NCBI RefSeq assembly: GCF_009914755.1
Contig: NC_060928.1
DNA from: the human T2T-CHM13v2.0 reference genome, Homo sapiens
Reading direction: 5' to 3' (one strand)
DNA: 64,000 bases
Under the pieces are notes generated by a model. It saw nothing but the letters and a program-made list of their open reading frames with translations, had not been told where the DNA came from and ran no database searches. Positions 14,700 to 26,290 of the stretch are shown here, one piece after another. The translations under genes and the position numbers were made by a program. Each line of letters opens with the position of its first letter. Position 1 is the first letter of the stretch.

Positions 14700-15300
14700 C
14701 CAATTCAAATAATAGGTGCAGAAGGAAGTTACTTTAGATACGAGAGTCAGGGATGGTCTCTGAGGAGCTGATATTTGAGTCAAATCCAATAAAATTTGTT
14801 ACATAGTGGAAAAATAGGAAGAAGTTCAATGTGGTCAAATTCAAGAAAGGGCAAGAGAGGTAAGAGAGAAAATCAGAGAGTTATTCAGCCAGTTCATGTA
14901 GAGCCTCAAAGGCCACCATAAGGAATTTGAACTTTACTAAGTCTAATGATAAGTCATTTGGAGAGTTTTAACAGGAAAACGACATAATCTACTTTCAGTT
15001 TCAAAGTATCACTTTGAATGCTATGGCGAGAAGAATGGGGATGACAAGTATGAAATTAGAGTAAGTAGTAAAGGTGATATTGGAGTTCTTCTGGTGAGAG
15101 ATCAGAGTAATTCAAGCTAAAGTAGTAGTTGTAGAAGTAGAAATAAGTGGATAAATATGGAGCATATATCTGACATAAAAGATTCAATAATAAATGAGGT
15201 AAAAGGAAAAATACCTATGGTTTAAGTAATTAGGTAGATGGTGTTACTGTTTACTGAGTTGGGATACTGAGGTAGACAATTTTCAGAAGAAAACTGAAGA
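14700..15300 (-). mobile_element. L2 fragment
   Basis: GTCAGGGATGGTCTCTGAGGAGCTGATATTTGAG and GGCCACCATAAGGAATTTGAACTTTACT are L2 antisense motifs. Confidence 0.75.
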
Positions 15301-17333
15301 AATGCTGACTGTAGATTTTGTGTTTTAGAGCATTGGACAATATGATGACTGGATAAAAGAGCTAGTCAATGGAGAAAGCAGAGATAAAAGCACGTATTTA
15401 AATTTCCTTAGCCAACAATGGTTATTGGAGATGTTGACAAGTGTTTTTACAAGGATATTCATTGCCATATATTTTTGTAATGGAAAACATTGAAATTAAT
15501 ATGATAAAAATTAGCATAAGAATATAGTGTAGATAGAGAATCAAGCTGACGTCTACCCTACAGCCATAATCACATTTTCTCTAATTAGACAAGGTTACAG
15601 TGCAATGACAATACCATTGTGTGGCTCTAGAGCCACATTTATGTTTGTGAGTGAGAAAAGATCTATGGGCTTATAAATGAAATGGTTAATTGATTTTCAA
15701 ATAAAGACTATTTAATCACTAAAATTAGAGGTGACCAGGATTCACAGGAAAAGTTTTGTGTAAATACAAATCTGTATCCCATGCATTAATGCATCAGAAT
15801 TAGGAAGATTTCAATCTTTCTGCCACATCTTGGTCAAGGTTATGATCCAATTAGCAGTTAATGTTAGACAAAGTATGGATTCTTCTACTTGTTAATAATT
15901 AGGCCTAATTATTTTATTACATCTTCATTTATTATCTTGTATGCCTTTAGTTGGGATTATTCCTAAACAGGTTTCAGATGAGAGGGATTAACTATATAAC
16001 AGGCAATGTAGATTATCTGATACAGAACATAAGAAAATTGAGTTGTTATAAAATATTTTTAAATTCAACATTTTTTACTTTAAGTTTTACATATGACTTC
16101 AAAAGTAAATTACTTACCAGTTTGAAATACATCTAATTGAACAGTTGAACTAAATTCAAAGACTTCCTAAATAAGTAATTTTGTTTCTTTAGCAGATTTC
16201 AGCAGATGGATAAGATTTACCCACATGACAATATTTATATATTTTTATTTGTATTAAATCATATGAAATTATGATTATTTAACTATTTTTAGTATGGATG
16301 TCACAATATAATAATAAATACATTTAAATTTTTAATATAAACTTCTCTTTATCAGTGATGCCTTTTACACACACAAGTCAGTTAGCTGGTGTTTTGTATA
16401 TGACTAGAGAAATTTCTGCTATCCCACCCACAATTATGTTTAGTAATTGTGGAGGCCAAAATAAGTTTTCATGTCCTTTCAGTATGAGCCAGAAACGATT
16501 TGTTGTAAAATGCTTTGTATTAGCCTTTTTGCAGTCCAAGTAGCTGCTACTTATTCCTTGATTAAAATATTGACGTAGACTTCCAGACTCCCAGACCAAA
16601 ATTCCTTTCTGTAAGCAGTAAAACTTCTAAAGAATATAAATGAAAGATATTTCTCCTGCATAACGGAAGTTTTCAAAAATTCATAATGGATTAATGACAA
16701 GATAGTAATAAAATAATCAGTAAAAGAAATAAACATGAAATTGGAATAAATTTAGGGTTTAAAGACAGTTTTTTTTTCTGATTGTCTTTCATCCTACTCT
16801 CCTCCACTGCCCAAATTAAATCAATCTTATCCTCAGAGAAGACAAGGGAAAAAAGAGAGAGAGAGAAAGACAAGTAAAGAGATAAAATAGAAGACAAAGA
16901 TTCTTATTTATTTGCAATACTTTAGATACCACAGAAGCAAGAAAGACAAGACAAAATTGTCTTTTTAAAATTACTCCCCCTATTTCTTCCATGTGATTTT
17001 CTAAACACTACTAACAATCATTTTAATAATTAATATAAGGGTTTATGATAAGGTTATTATTTTTTTTCTAATTTGAAAACTAAGTAATAAAGGCACTTAC
17101 TACAACATATAGTAAAAAAAGTTTTAATATTCAGTGGCCCTCTCACAGTATAAATAAAACTATCCAATCTTTAAAATTAGCCCTGCATCTCTATTACATA
17201 TTACATGTATATAAAATAGATTTTCTAGACATACATCATAGATGTTCTTACATGTATTAAACAGAGGAGGATGAAAATTTTAGATAAGGGAACTCGAACA
17301 GAGAATATAATATTCATTAGTTCAAAAATATTG

Positions 17334-17597
17334 GGCCTGGCACGGTGGCTCACGCCTGTAATCCCAGCACTTTGGGAGGCCGAGGCGGGTGGATCACGAG
17401 GTCAGCTCGAGACCATCCTGGCTAACACGGTGAAACCCCGTCTCTACTAAAAATACAAAAAATTAGCCAGGCATGGTGGCGGGTGCCTGAAGTCCCAGCT
17501 ACTCGGGAGGCTGAGGCAGGAGAATGGCGTGAACCGGGAGGCGGAGCTTGCAGCAAGCGGAGACTCCGTCTCAAAAATAAATAAATAAATAAATAAA
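17334..17597 (+). mobile_element. AluY with internal right-arm deletion
   Basis: AluY diagnostics CTGGCTAACACGGTGAAACCCCG and GAGAATGGCGTGAACC...GGAGCTTGCAG. CpG-rich, with a (TAAA)n tail. Confidence 0.95.
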
Positions 17598-18419
17598 TTA
17601 ATTAATTAATTAATTACAGATTATCTTTCATATACATGCAGATAGTCTACACAATGATCCCTGAACATTAGCCCAGTCCCACAATTCTGTGATAATCATT
17701 CTCATAAATTATTACGTTGATCCCTAAAAGTTCTGTATTATCTCAGGGTCACAGAAACACTTTAACAGTTCTCTTAATGAAGTGTTTAAAAGTGTTTGAC
17801 GTCTAAAAATTTCATAGAATACAACAAAAATCACGGGTAGGATTTCAGAGCCAATTTCACCAACCCACAAATAGAATAAAACAAACTGGAGAAAAAAAAA
17901 ACTGAAAAAATAATTCTCCTTTAAGTTGTCCTCAAACCCGTGAAATATACGTTTTCAAAGAAAACAACTTAAGTAGAACTTTGAATGGAAGTTAAACATA
18001 AATTTTAATAATTCATTGTCGAATGAATTCAAGAATGACTACTGAGCTTGTTTTCTGTGCACAATGTTATGGAAAACACAGAGAACTAAGAAATAGTATC
18101 CTTTTCTTAAAGACCTTAAAATCTGACTGAAGAATTAAAACCTGGAAGCATAAGTGGACAACTGGAAAACGAAAAGAAGTAATTGACACAATAAAAAATA
18201 CACATGTGCATATGAAATGTCAGACAAAGGGTGATTATTGCAGATTGAAATCAAGATAAAATAATTTTTGGTCTTTGTTATTCTAAGATTCATTCTTTCA
18301 TATAACCTACCACATTAAGTACAATTTTGATTCATTTTGGATTTGTTCCTAGTCTCAGATAATAGCGAGATAAATAGAAAACAATCTCTAGCCTATTCTG
18401 TACCCCTAAACTAATTCTT

Positions 18420-19915
18420 AAAGCCATTTTGTGTGTGCTGTATAAAAGTATGAACCAGTGGTTATGAAAGTTCAGGAAAAGAACTACTAGTTATGTCAGA
18501 AGATCTCAGAGAAGATATCACATAAAAAATTACATTTGAGCCACTTTAAACGATGAATAGGATAGTATTGTAAGCAGAAGTTTGTCCCCTTGGGGAAATG
18601 TGCAGAAGTACTGCAAATGCTGGAAAGATAAGCAAGAATTGGATCATGAATCCCTTGTATTCCATATGAAGAATTTCCAAATTTATCAATGAGCTTTGTA
18701 GAATCGCTGAAGGACTTTAGACTGGATTGCTAGGATTTGCAATTTAAAAGATTAGGCATTAGGCATTGCAGAAAATAGACTAAATGAAGTAAAGGGAGAA
18801 GAGTTAGAAGTGTATTAGACACCTCTCATAAAACACTCCAAATCCTCTCAGGCTTAGTTGTTTCTGCATGGGCCAGACATATTCAACCTAATAGCAGTTC
18901 CTCATGCTTCTTTGTCTTGTGCTTCTAGTCCTGAGGCTTCCCTATTAACCTCTGTGATCCCACTTGGTACCCACATATGTGTGGCCAAACGTGTGAGGCT
19001 GTAAAAGCCCTGTAACAAATATTTGAGTAATAGGAGATGAGAACAAGTTCACAAATTCTTCCACCATTTTCTTAAAATCTCCCCTTCCCAGTCTTGGAAT
19101 GTATGTTATAGGACCTCTTAGGGGAGGGAATTTAGCATCCAGCAGTCTTATTTTGTGGGAGCCAGCTAGATATTGTATCCAAGTATTGGCTCTCTCTCCT
19201 TTCCTGCTTTGCTCCTTCTCCTCACTGTACTCCGTGTACTCTATAAAAATGTTTACCAGGAAAGTGATCTTTAACCATAACAGTGAAGGACAAAAGAGAA
19301 TGGGTTTGAGAGATAGTAAGATAGATTCAACATGGACTGATGACTACTTAGATGTTGAAAATGAGTAGTAGACATCAGGCAAGAAGGGCTTCTAAGACTG
19401 TGGTCTGGGTGATTTGTTGGGAAGTAGTGCCATTACACAAAATAATAAATACCAGAAGATAAGCTAGCTTTAGAATGTAGAAACATATTCCATTTCAGAT
19501 ATAAGGCACCATTTATCATTGAGGAGCAGCTACCAAAAAGGCTATTGGAAATATTAATATGGTGCTCAGAAAAGACTATTAGTCTTAAAATTACAATTTT
19601 GGGGTCATCAGCTTTATATTGTTTGGGCGAACTTGCTGTTGAAAAGAAGTGGATGCAGGATGGAAACTTAGAGGAATCTATTATTAAGGGACATGGAAGA
19701 AGAAAGAAAATCTGACATGTAGTTGACAATAATGAGGGCAGAGAAGAAGAAATGATATATGCTTGGAAGCCAGGGAAGCCATGAATTTCAAGAGAGGGAT
19801 CAACTGTGTTAAATGTGATAAACAGATTAAATAAGTAAATTGGAAAGTGTGAACCTGATTAAACAATGATGCCGTGGTTTACTTAAGAGCATTTTTAGAA
19901 GCAGAAAAGAGTGGA
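18420..19915 (-). mobile_element. L2 element interrupted by an LTR
   Basis: L2 antisense motifs at 18490-18810 and 19270-19910, e.g. GGAAGCCAGGGAAG...TTTCAAGAGAGGGATCAACTGTGTTAAATG. Confidence 0.7.
18810..19260 (+). mobile_element. LTR16-like solo LTR
   Basis: TAGTCCTGAGGCTTC...GTGTGAGGCTGTAAAAGCCC...AAATATTTGAGTAATAGGAGATGAGAAC resembles LTR16 consensus. Confidence 0.5.
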
Positions 19916-21003
19916 AGAAAGATTTTTATTCTTATTTTTATTCTCTATTTTTGTAAAAATAGTAACTGGAAAAATAAAATGAACCACAGAAGCTATGAAA
20001 ATATGAAGGTAAATATGTAGATGACAGGCATTTTCCCATCTCTTCTCCTTGTTCCATCAGGATTTTATCCACCAATAACTTCCAAACACATTACTTAAAA
20101 GAGGCCCTGCTGGCAAAACCCCACTGAAAAACATAACGTGGACTTAAGCCTTCCATTGTTCTTTGCCTAACTGTGCACTACTGCTGTTGTTGGCAACTCT
20201 CTTTTACCTTCTATTTTGAACTGACAAGAGTTTTGTTTTAATCCCTTTTCTGAAATAGTAGCAACAGGATGATTTCTTCATTGTCCCACATTGAATGTGT
20301 ACACATTCAAAGATATTCTTCTGCAGCATTTAATTATTCATTTATCCATGGGACATATTTAGTCCCTAGAGCAGGTCTGCATTAAGATAGGTAGAACCAG
20401 CTGCACTGGGAACATGCACCAGGATATGCCTGATCCTAGAGGAAACAAATCTCTGCCACCAGCTCCTCTCACCACCCCCTCAAAAGGTAAACCAGCATAT
20501 TTATCTTCTTTCTCTTCTTTTCTTTTCAGGGCACACCATGCTTTATGGTTCGACTCAAGCATTCCAGTCTTATTTTTGGGCTCAGTATACAAGCAAGTAA
20601 GAAGGGTATAAGATAATGAGAATCTTATATTAACATGATTGAACTAGTCTTGTTCTTTCTAAGCAAAGACTACATTTCTTACTGAATCAGAAGGACTTCT
20701 AGTGTTTTAAAATGATTCAGAATAATTAGAGAATATATTTATGCAAAGTAATACACTCTATGATGACTAAATTTTTTTAAAAAACAGAAACCACACATGA
20801 TTTTCTAAATAGGTGCAGAATAAAAGCATTTTTTAAAAATCAACACACTTTCACAGTAAAAACGCTAAACAAACTAAAAATAAAGGGGAAATTTCTGAAC
20901 CTGACTGATTGAAGAGCATTTAGTAAAAACTCACAATAACATCATACTTTATGGAGAAAGACTGAAAACTTTCTCCCTACACTTAGGAACAAGGCAAGGA
21001 TAT

Positions 21004-21213
21004 TTGTTCTCACCACTTCTGTTCAACATTGTATTGAAGGTTCTAGTCTGGGCAATTAGGCAAGTGAAAGAAATAAAGAGTATCCATATTGGAAAGGAAA
21101 AACTAGCATTTCTATTCACAGTTGACCTGATCTTGTATAGAGAAAATCCTAAAGAATTCACACAAAAACTCTTAGAACTAACAATTGAGTTTTGCAACAT
21201 GGCTGGATATTAG
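21004..21213 (+). pseudogene. Decayed L1 ORF2 reverse-transcriptase core
   Basis: [47 protein letters not shown] aligns to L1 RT [38 protein letters not shown]. The catalytic FADD is mutated to FTVD. Confidence 0.9.
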
Positions 21214-21508
21214 ATCAATATAAAAACGTCAATTTTATTTCTATCTACTAGTAATAAATGATATGAAAATGAAATTAAGATTCTGTTTACAATGGCAACA
21301 AATATAATTAAAAATTAGAAATAAATTTAACAAAAAATATAAGATATGTGTATATCTTTAATTTCTTTTAATGATGTTTTGTAGTTGTCATATACATATC
21401 ATTAAAATCATGAATGCAATTTTCATTAAAATAAATTAAAGATATATGACAATTTAAAAACATAACTAAAATAAATTACTTTTTAGACATAATTGAAAGA
21501 AATTAATA

Positions 21509-21993
21509 TTTCATATATATGAAAACATTCATATATATTTCATATATATTTATTCACATATATATTTAATATATATATTTCATATATATATTTATTCATA
21601 TATATATTTCATATATATTTATTCATATATATTCCATATATATATTCATTCATATATATATTTCATAGATATATTCATTCATATATATATTTCATATATA
21701 TATTCATTCATATATATATTTCATATATATATTCATTCATATATATATTTCATATATATATTCATTCATATATATATTTCATATATATTTATTCATATAT
21801 ATATTTCATATATATATTTATTCATATATATTTCATATATATTTATTCATATATATTTCATATATATATTTATTCATATATATTTCATATATATATTTAT
21901 TCATATATATTTCATATATATTTATTCATATATATATTTCATATATATTTATTCATATATATCTATTCATACATATATTTCATATATATGAAA
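21509..21993. repeat. AT-rich minisatellite, TTCATATATA-based units of about 25-30 bp
   Basis: Directly visible tandem array of TTTATTCATATATATATTTCATATATA variants. Confidence 0.97.
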
Positions 21994-22232
21994 ACTAAAA
22001 GAGAAAGCACATAGGTGTATATATGAAAACTAAAAAGCATCATTAAAAGAAATTATAGAGCACCTAAATAAATAGAAAATATTCTGTGTACAAAGATGAG
22101 AAGATTAAATATTGTTAAACTGGTGTTATGGGATACCTCTCAAATACTTATGTTGAAGTCCTAATCCCTAGTCCCTCCAAATGTGATCTTTTATGGAAAT
22201 AGAATCATTGAGGCTGTAAATAGTCAAGTTAA

Positions 22233-22596
<364 letters not shown>

Positions 22597-22623
22597 CTGG
22601 TGTCCTTTTAAAAGGAACTTGGT

Positions 22624-24181
22624 TTAATTAGATCCCGTTTGTCAATTTTTGTTTTGTTACAATTGCTTTTGGCGTCATCAGGAAATCTTTGCCCATGCCT
22701 GTGTCCTGAAGGGTATTGCCTAGGTTGTCCTCCAGGGTTTTTATAGTTTTGGGTTTTACATTTAAGTATTTAATCCATCTTGAGTTAATTTTTATGTAAC
22801 GTGTAAGGAAGGGGTCCAGTTTCAATCTTCTGCATATGGCTAGCCAGTTATCCCAGCACCGTTCATTAAATAGGAAATACTTTCCTCATTGCTTTTTTTT
22901 GTTTTTGGCCAGGTTTGTCAAAGATCAGGTGGTTGTAGGTATGTGATCTTATTTCTGGGTTCTCTGATCTGTCCATTGGTCTACGTGTCTTTTTGCGGCA
23001 GTACCATGTTGCTTTTGTTGCTGTAGCCCCACTGTATAGTTTGAAGTTGCGTAGCGTGGTGCCTCCAGCTTTATTCTTTGTGCTTGGGTTTTCCTTGCCT
23101 ATTCAGGCTCTTTTTTGGTTCCATATAAATTTTAAAATAGTTTTTTTCTAGCTCTGTGAAGAATTATTGAATCTGTAAATTGCTAAATTAAAGGGCTTCT
23201 GCACAGCAAAGGAAACTATCAACAGAGTGAGCAGACAACCTAGACAATGGGAGAAAATTTTTACAAACTGTGGATCCAACAAAGGTCTACTACCCAGCAT
23301 CTATAAGAAACTCAAATTTACCAGAAAAAAAAAAAAACATTAAAAAGTGGGCAAAGGACATAAACAGATATTTCTCAAAAGAAGACATTTATGCAGCCAA
23401 CAAGCATATGTAAAAAAGCTCAGCATCACTGATCATCAGAGAAATGCAAATCAAAACCACAATGAAATACCATCTCACACCAGACAGAGTGGCTATTGTT
23501 AAAAATTTTTTTTAAAAAAAGGATGCTGGCGAAGTGGTAGAGAAAAGAGCTCTTATACACGGTTGTTGGGAGAGTAAATTAGTTCAGGCATTGTGGAAGA
23601 CAGTGTAGCGATTCCTCAAAAACCTAAAAATAGAAATACTGTTTGACCCAGCAATCCCGTTACTGCATATATACCCAAAGGAATATAAATTGTTCTATTA
23701 TAAAGACAAATGCATATATATGTCCATTGCAGCACTATGCACAATAACAAGGACTTAGAATCACCCTAAATGCCCCTCAGTGATAGACTGGATAAAGAAA
23801 ATGTGGTGCATATATACCATGGAATACTATGCAGCCATAGAAAGAATAAGACCATGTCCTTTACAAAGACATAGATAGAGCTAGAGGCCATCATCCTCAG
23901 CAAACTAACATGGGAACAAAAAACCAAATACCACATGTTCTTATAAGTGGGAGCTAAATGATGAGAACCCATGGACACATAGAGGAGAACAACAGACTCT
24001 AGGGCCTGTCAGAGGGAGGAGGGTGAGCGGAGGGAAAGGATCAAGAAAAATAACTAATAGATACTAGGCAATATCTGGGTGATTAAATAATCTGTACAAC
24101 AACCCACATGACACAAGTTTACATATATAACAAAACTGTACATGTACCCCTGAACTTAAAATAAAAGTTAAATAAATAAAT
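22624..24181 (+). mobile_element. 5'-truncated, 5'-inverted L1PA (older L1PA13-15-like); inverted part 22624-23183, sense part 23184-24181
   Basis: Minus-strand ORF 22628..22825 ([35 protein letters not shown]) is ORF2p. The sense part ends in ACATGTACCCCTGAACTTAAAATAAAAGTT plus a tail. TSD AAAAGGAACTTGGT / AAGAAGAACTTGGT. Confidence 0.95.
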
Positions 24182-24769
24182 AAGAAGAACTTGGTGTGAA
24201 GAGAAAGAGACACATACATAGGGAAGACTATATGAAGACATAAGGAGAATGCCACCTCAAAGAGTGCCAAAGATTGCCAGCAAACACCAGAGACTAAGAG
24301 AGATACATAGAACAGATTCCCCCTACAGTCATCAGAAAAAAAAAAGAAAAAAAATCTTGCCAACATCTTGATCTCATAGTCCTAGACTCCAAAACTGTGA
24401 GAAAACAAATTTCTGTTGTTTAGGCCACTCAGGTTATGGTACTTTGTACAGCAGACCCAGGACACTATTACAGTCAGCAATACTCCCAAAATTGATTGGC
24501 TGAGTCAATTCAGTTCCAATAAATATACCAAATGAATGTTTGTAGACATCGACAAACTAATCCAAAACTGCAAACAATAGTTCAAAGGACTCAGTATATC
24601 CAAAACAATCTTGAAAAAGAAGAATTAATTTGGAGGACTCCTACTTCCCATTTTTAAAACATACTGCAAAGCCTTCAGATCAAGACAGTGTGATATTGGC
24701 ATAAGGATACACATGTAGAACAATGGGTAGATTGAACATCCAGAAACAAATACTTAAATTTGTTTTTAT

Positions 24770-24823
24770 ATTTTAACAAGGGTTCCAATTTTAACAAGGT
24801 TCCAAATTTTAACAAGGGTTCCA
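24770..24823. repeat. 18-bp unit x3 tandem repeat inside L1M
   Basis: ATTTTAACAAGGGTTCCA / ATTTTAACAAGGTTCCAA / ATTTTAACAAGGGTTCCA. Confidence 0.95.
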
Positions 24824-25592
24824 AAATAATTAAAAGGGGAAAGACCAGTCTTGGCAATAAATGGTGCTATGACAACTAGATATCCATCTTCAAAGGAATT
24901 GAGTCTCTTCCTCATAACTTATACAAAATTAACTCAAAATGAATCCTGGAAATAAATATAAGAGCTAAAGCCACAAAACTATTTGGTTAAAAATAGGTTA
25001 AAGCTTTGTGATCTTGGATTAGGTCATTGTTTATAGATATGACACCAAAAGCACAAGCAACAAAGGAAAAAAAAAGATAAACAGAACTATACAAAAGTTA
25101 AAAACTTTGGTGCTTCCTTTTTATATCCAGTCCTCTCACAAAGACACATCTCTCAGATTTCTTTAACCATGGGCGGGGGGAATGTTATAAACACACAAAT
25201 AAATGTATAGTTACTAATCATCCCACCATTATAACACCATTATTTTTATTTTAACATTTTCTTCCAACATTTATACCTATTCATAAGTACTTTATGCAAT
25301 GCACAGATTTCTATAAGTCTATTATAAAAATAGATTGCAATAGGTAAAAGAAAAGAAATTGAACTGACAACCTAGTGAATGGGAGACCATGTTTGCAATC
25401 ATATATCTGATAAGGGACTTGTGTCTACCATGTAAAGAACTACAGCAACTCAGTAATAAAAAAGACAATACAATTGTAAAATTGACGTTGAATTAGACAT
25501 TTCACCAAACGAGGTGTATGAATGGCCAAGAAACATATAAAAGATGCTCAATATCATTAGTCAGTAGGTAAATTCAAATCTAAACTTCAATA

Positions 25593-25671
25593 TTAGGCTG
25601 TTGCAAAAGTAATTTTGGTTTTTGCCGTTGCTTTTATTGGCAAAACCGCAATTACTTTTGAACCAGCCTAA
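25593..25671. mobile_element. MADE1 (Hsmar1-derived mariner MITE)
   Basis: 79-bp near-palindrome TTAGGCTGTTGCAAAAGTAATT...AATTACTTTTGAACCAGCCTAA flanked by TA on both sides. Confidence 0.95.
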
Positions 25672-26064
25672 TAGATAGCAGCACTTCATATCCACTAAGA
25701 TGGCTATAATGAAAAATACATTTAATAGCAAGTGTTGGCAAGGATGCAAATAAGTTGGAATCCTCACACATAGCTGATGAGAATATAAAGTGCTATAGGT
25801 GCTTTGGAAAACAGTTTGCCAGCTTATCCAAAAGATAGACACAGAGTTGCCATATAACTCAGCAATTTATCTCCTGGGTACAAACCCAAGAGAATTAAAA
25901 GTATATGCACACACAACAACTTGGAAATGAAAGCTCATAGCTGCATTATTCATAATAGCCAAAAAGTGAAAATAACCACATTTTCTTCAGTTGATGAACA
26001 AATAAATGAAATGTGGTATATCCATACAATGGAATATTATTCAGCCCCCAAAAGGAATTAAGTT

Positions 26065-26290
26065 TTCAGTGTTATTTCAGTGGATGAATGTGGTAACCAC
26101 TCTGTAAGGCACGTAATGGAAGTCTTTAAGGACACATGTATAACATGGTCATTTTAACATTGCTACTTGAAAACTATGTTGAGAACAGTGTTATTGCAGT
26201 GAAGGGTCCACACACTGTAATGCACATAGCAAGTTGTCTAAAACACATATGTAAAAGACAATTCTAAGAATGCTAAAAAAAAAAGAAAGG
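26065..26290 (+). other. Unidentified A-tailed insert interrupting L1M (probable retroposed sequence)
   Basis: The host L1 motif AAAAGGAATGAAGT appears on both sides (26050-26064 and 26291-26303). An A-run sits at 26275-26284. Confidence 0.65.

Noticed and set aside
21509-21993. Tandem array as a CRISPR-like repeat-spacer system
   Set aside because: There are no unique spacers and no cas genes, and the context is eukaryotic. It is an AT minisatellite.
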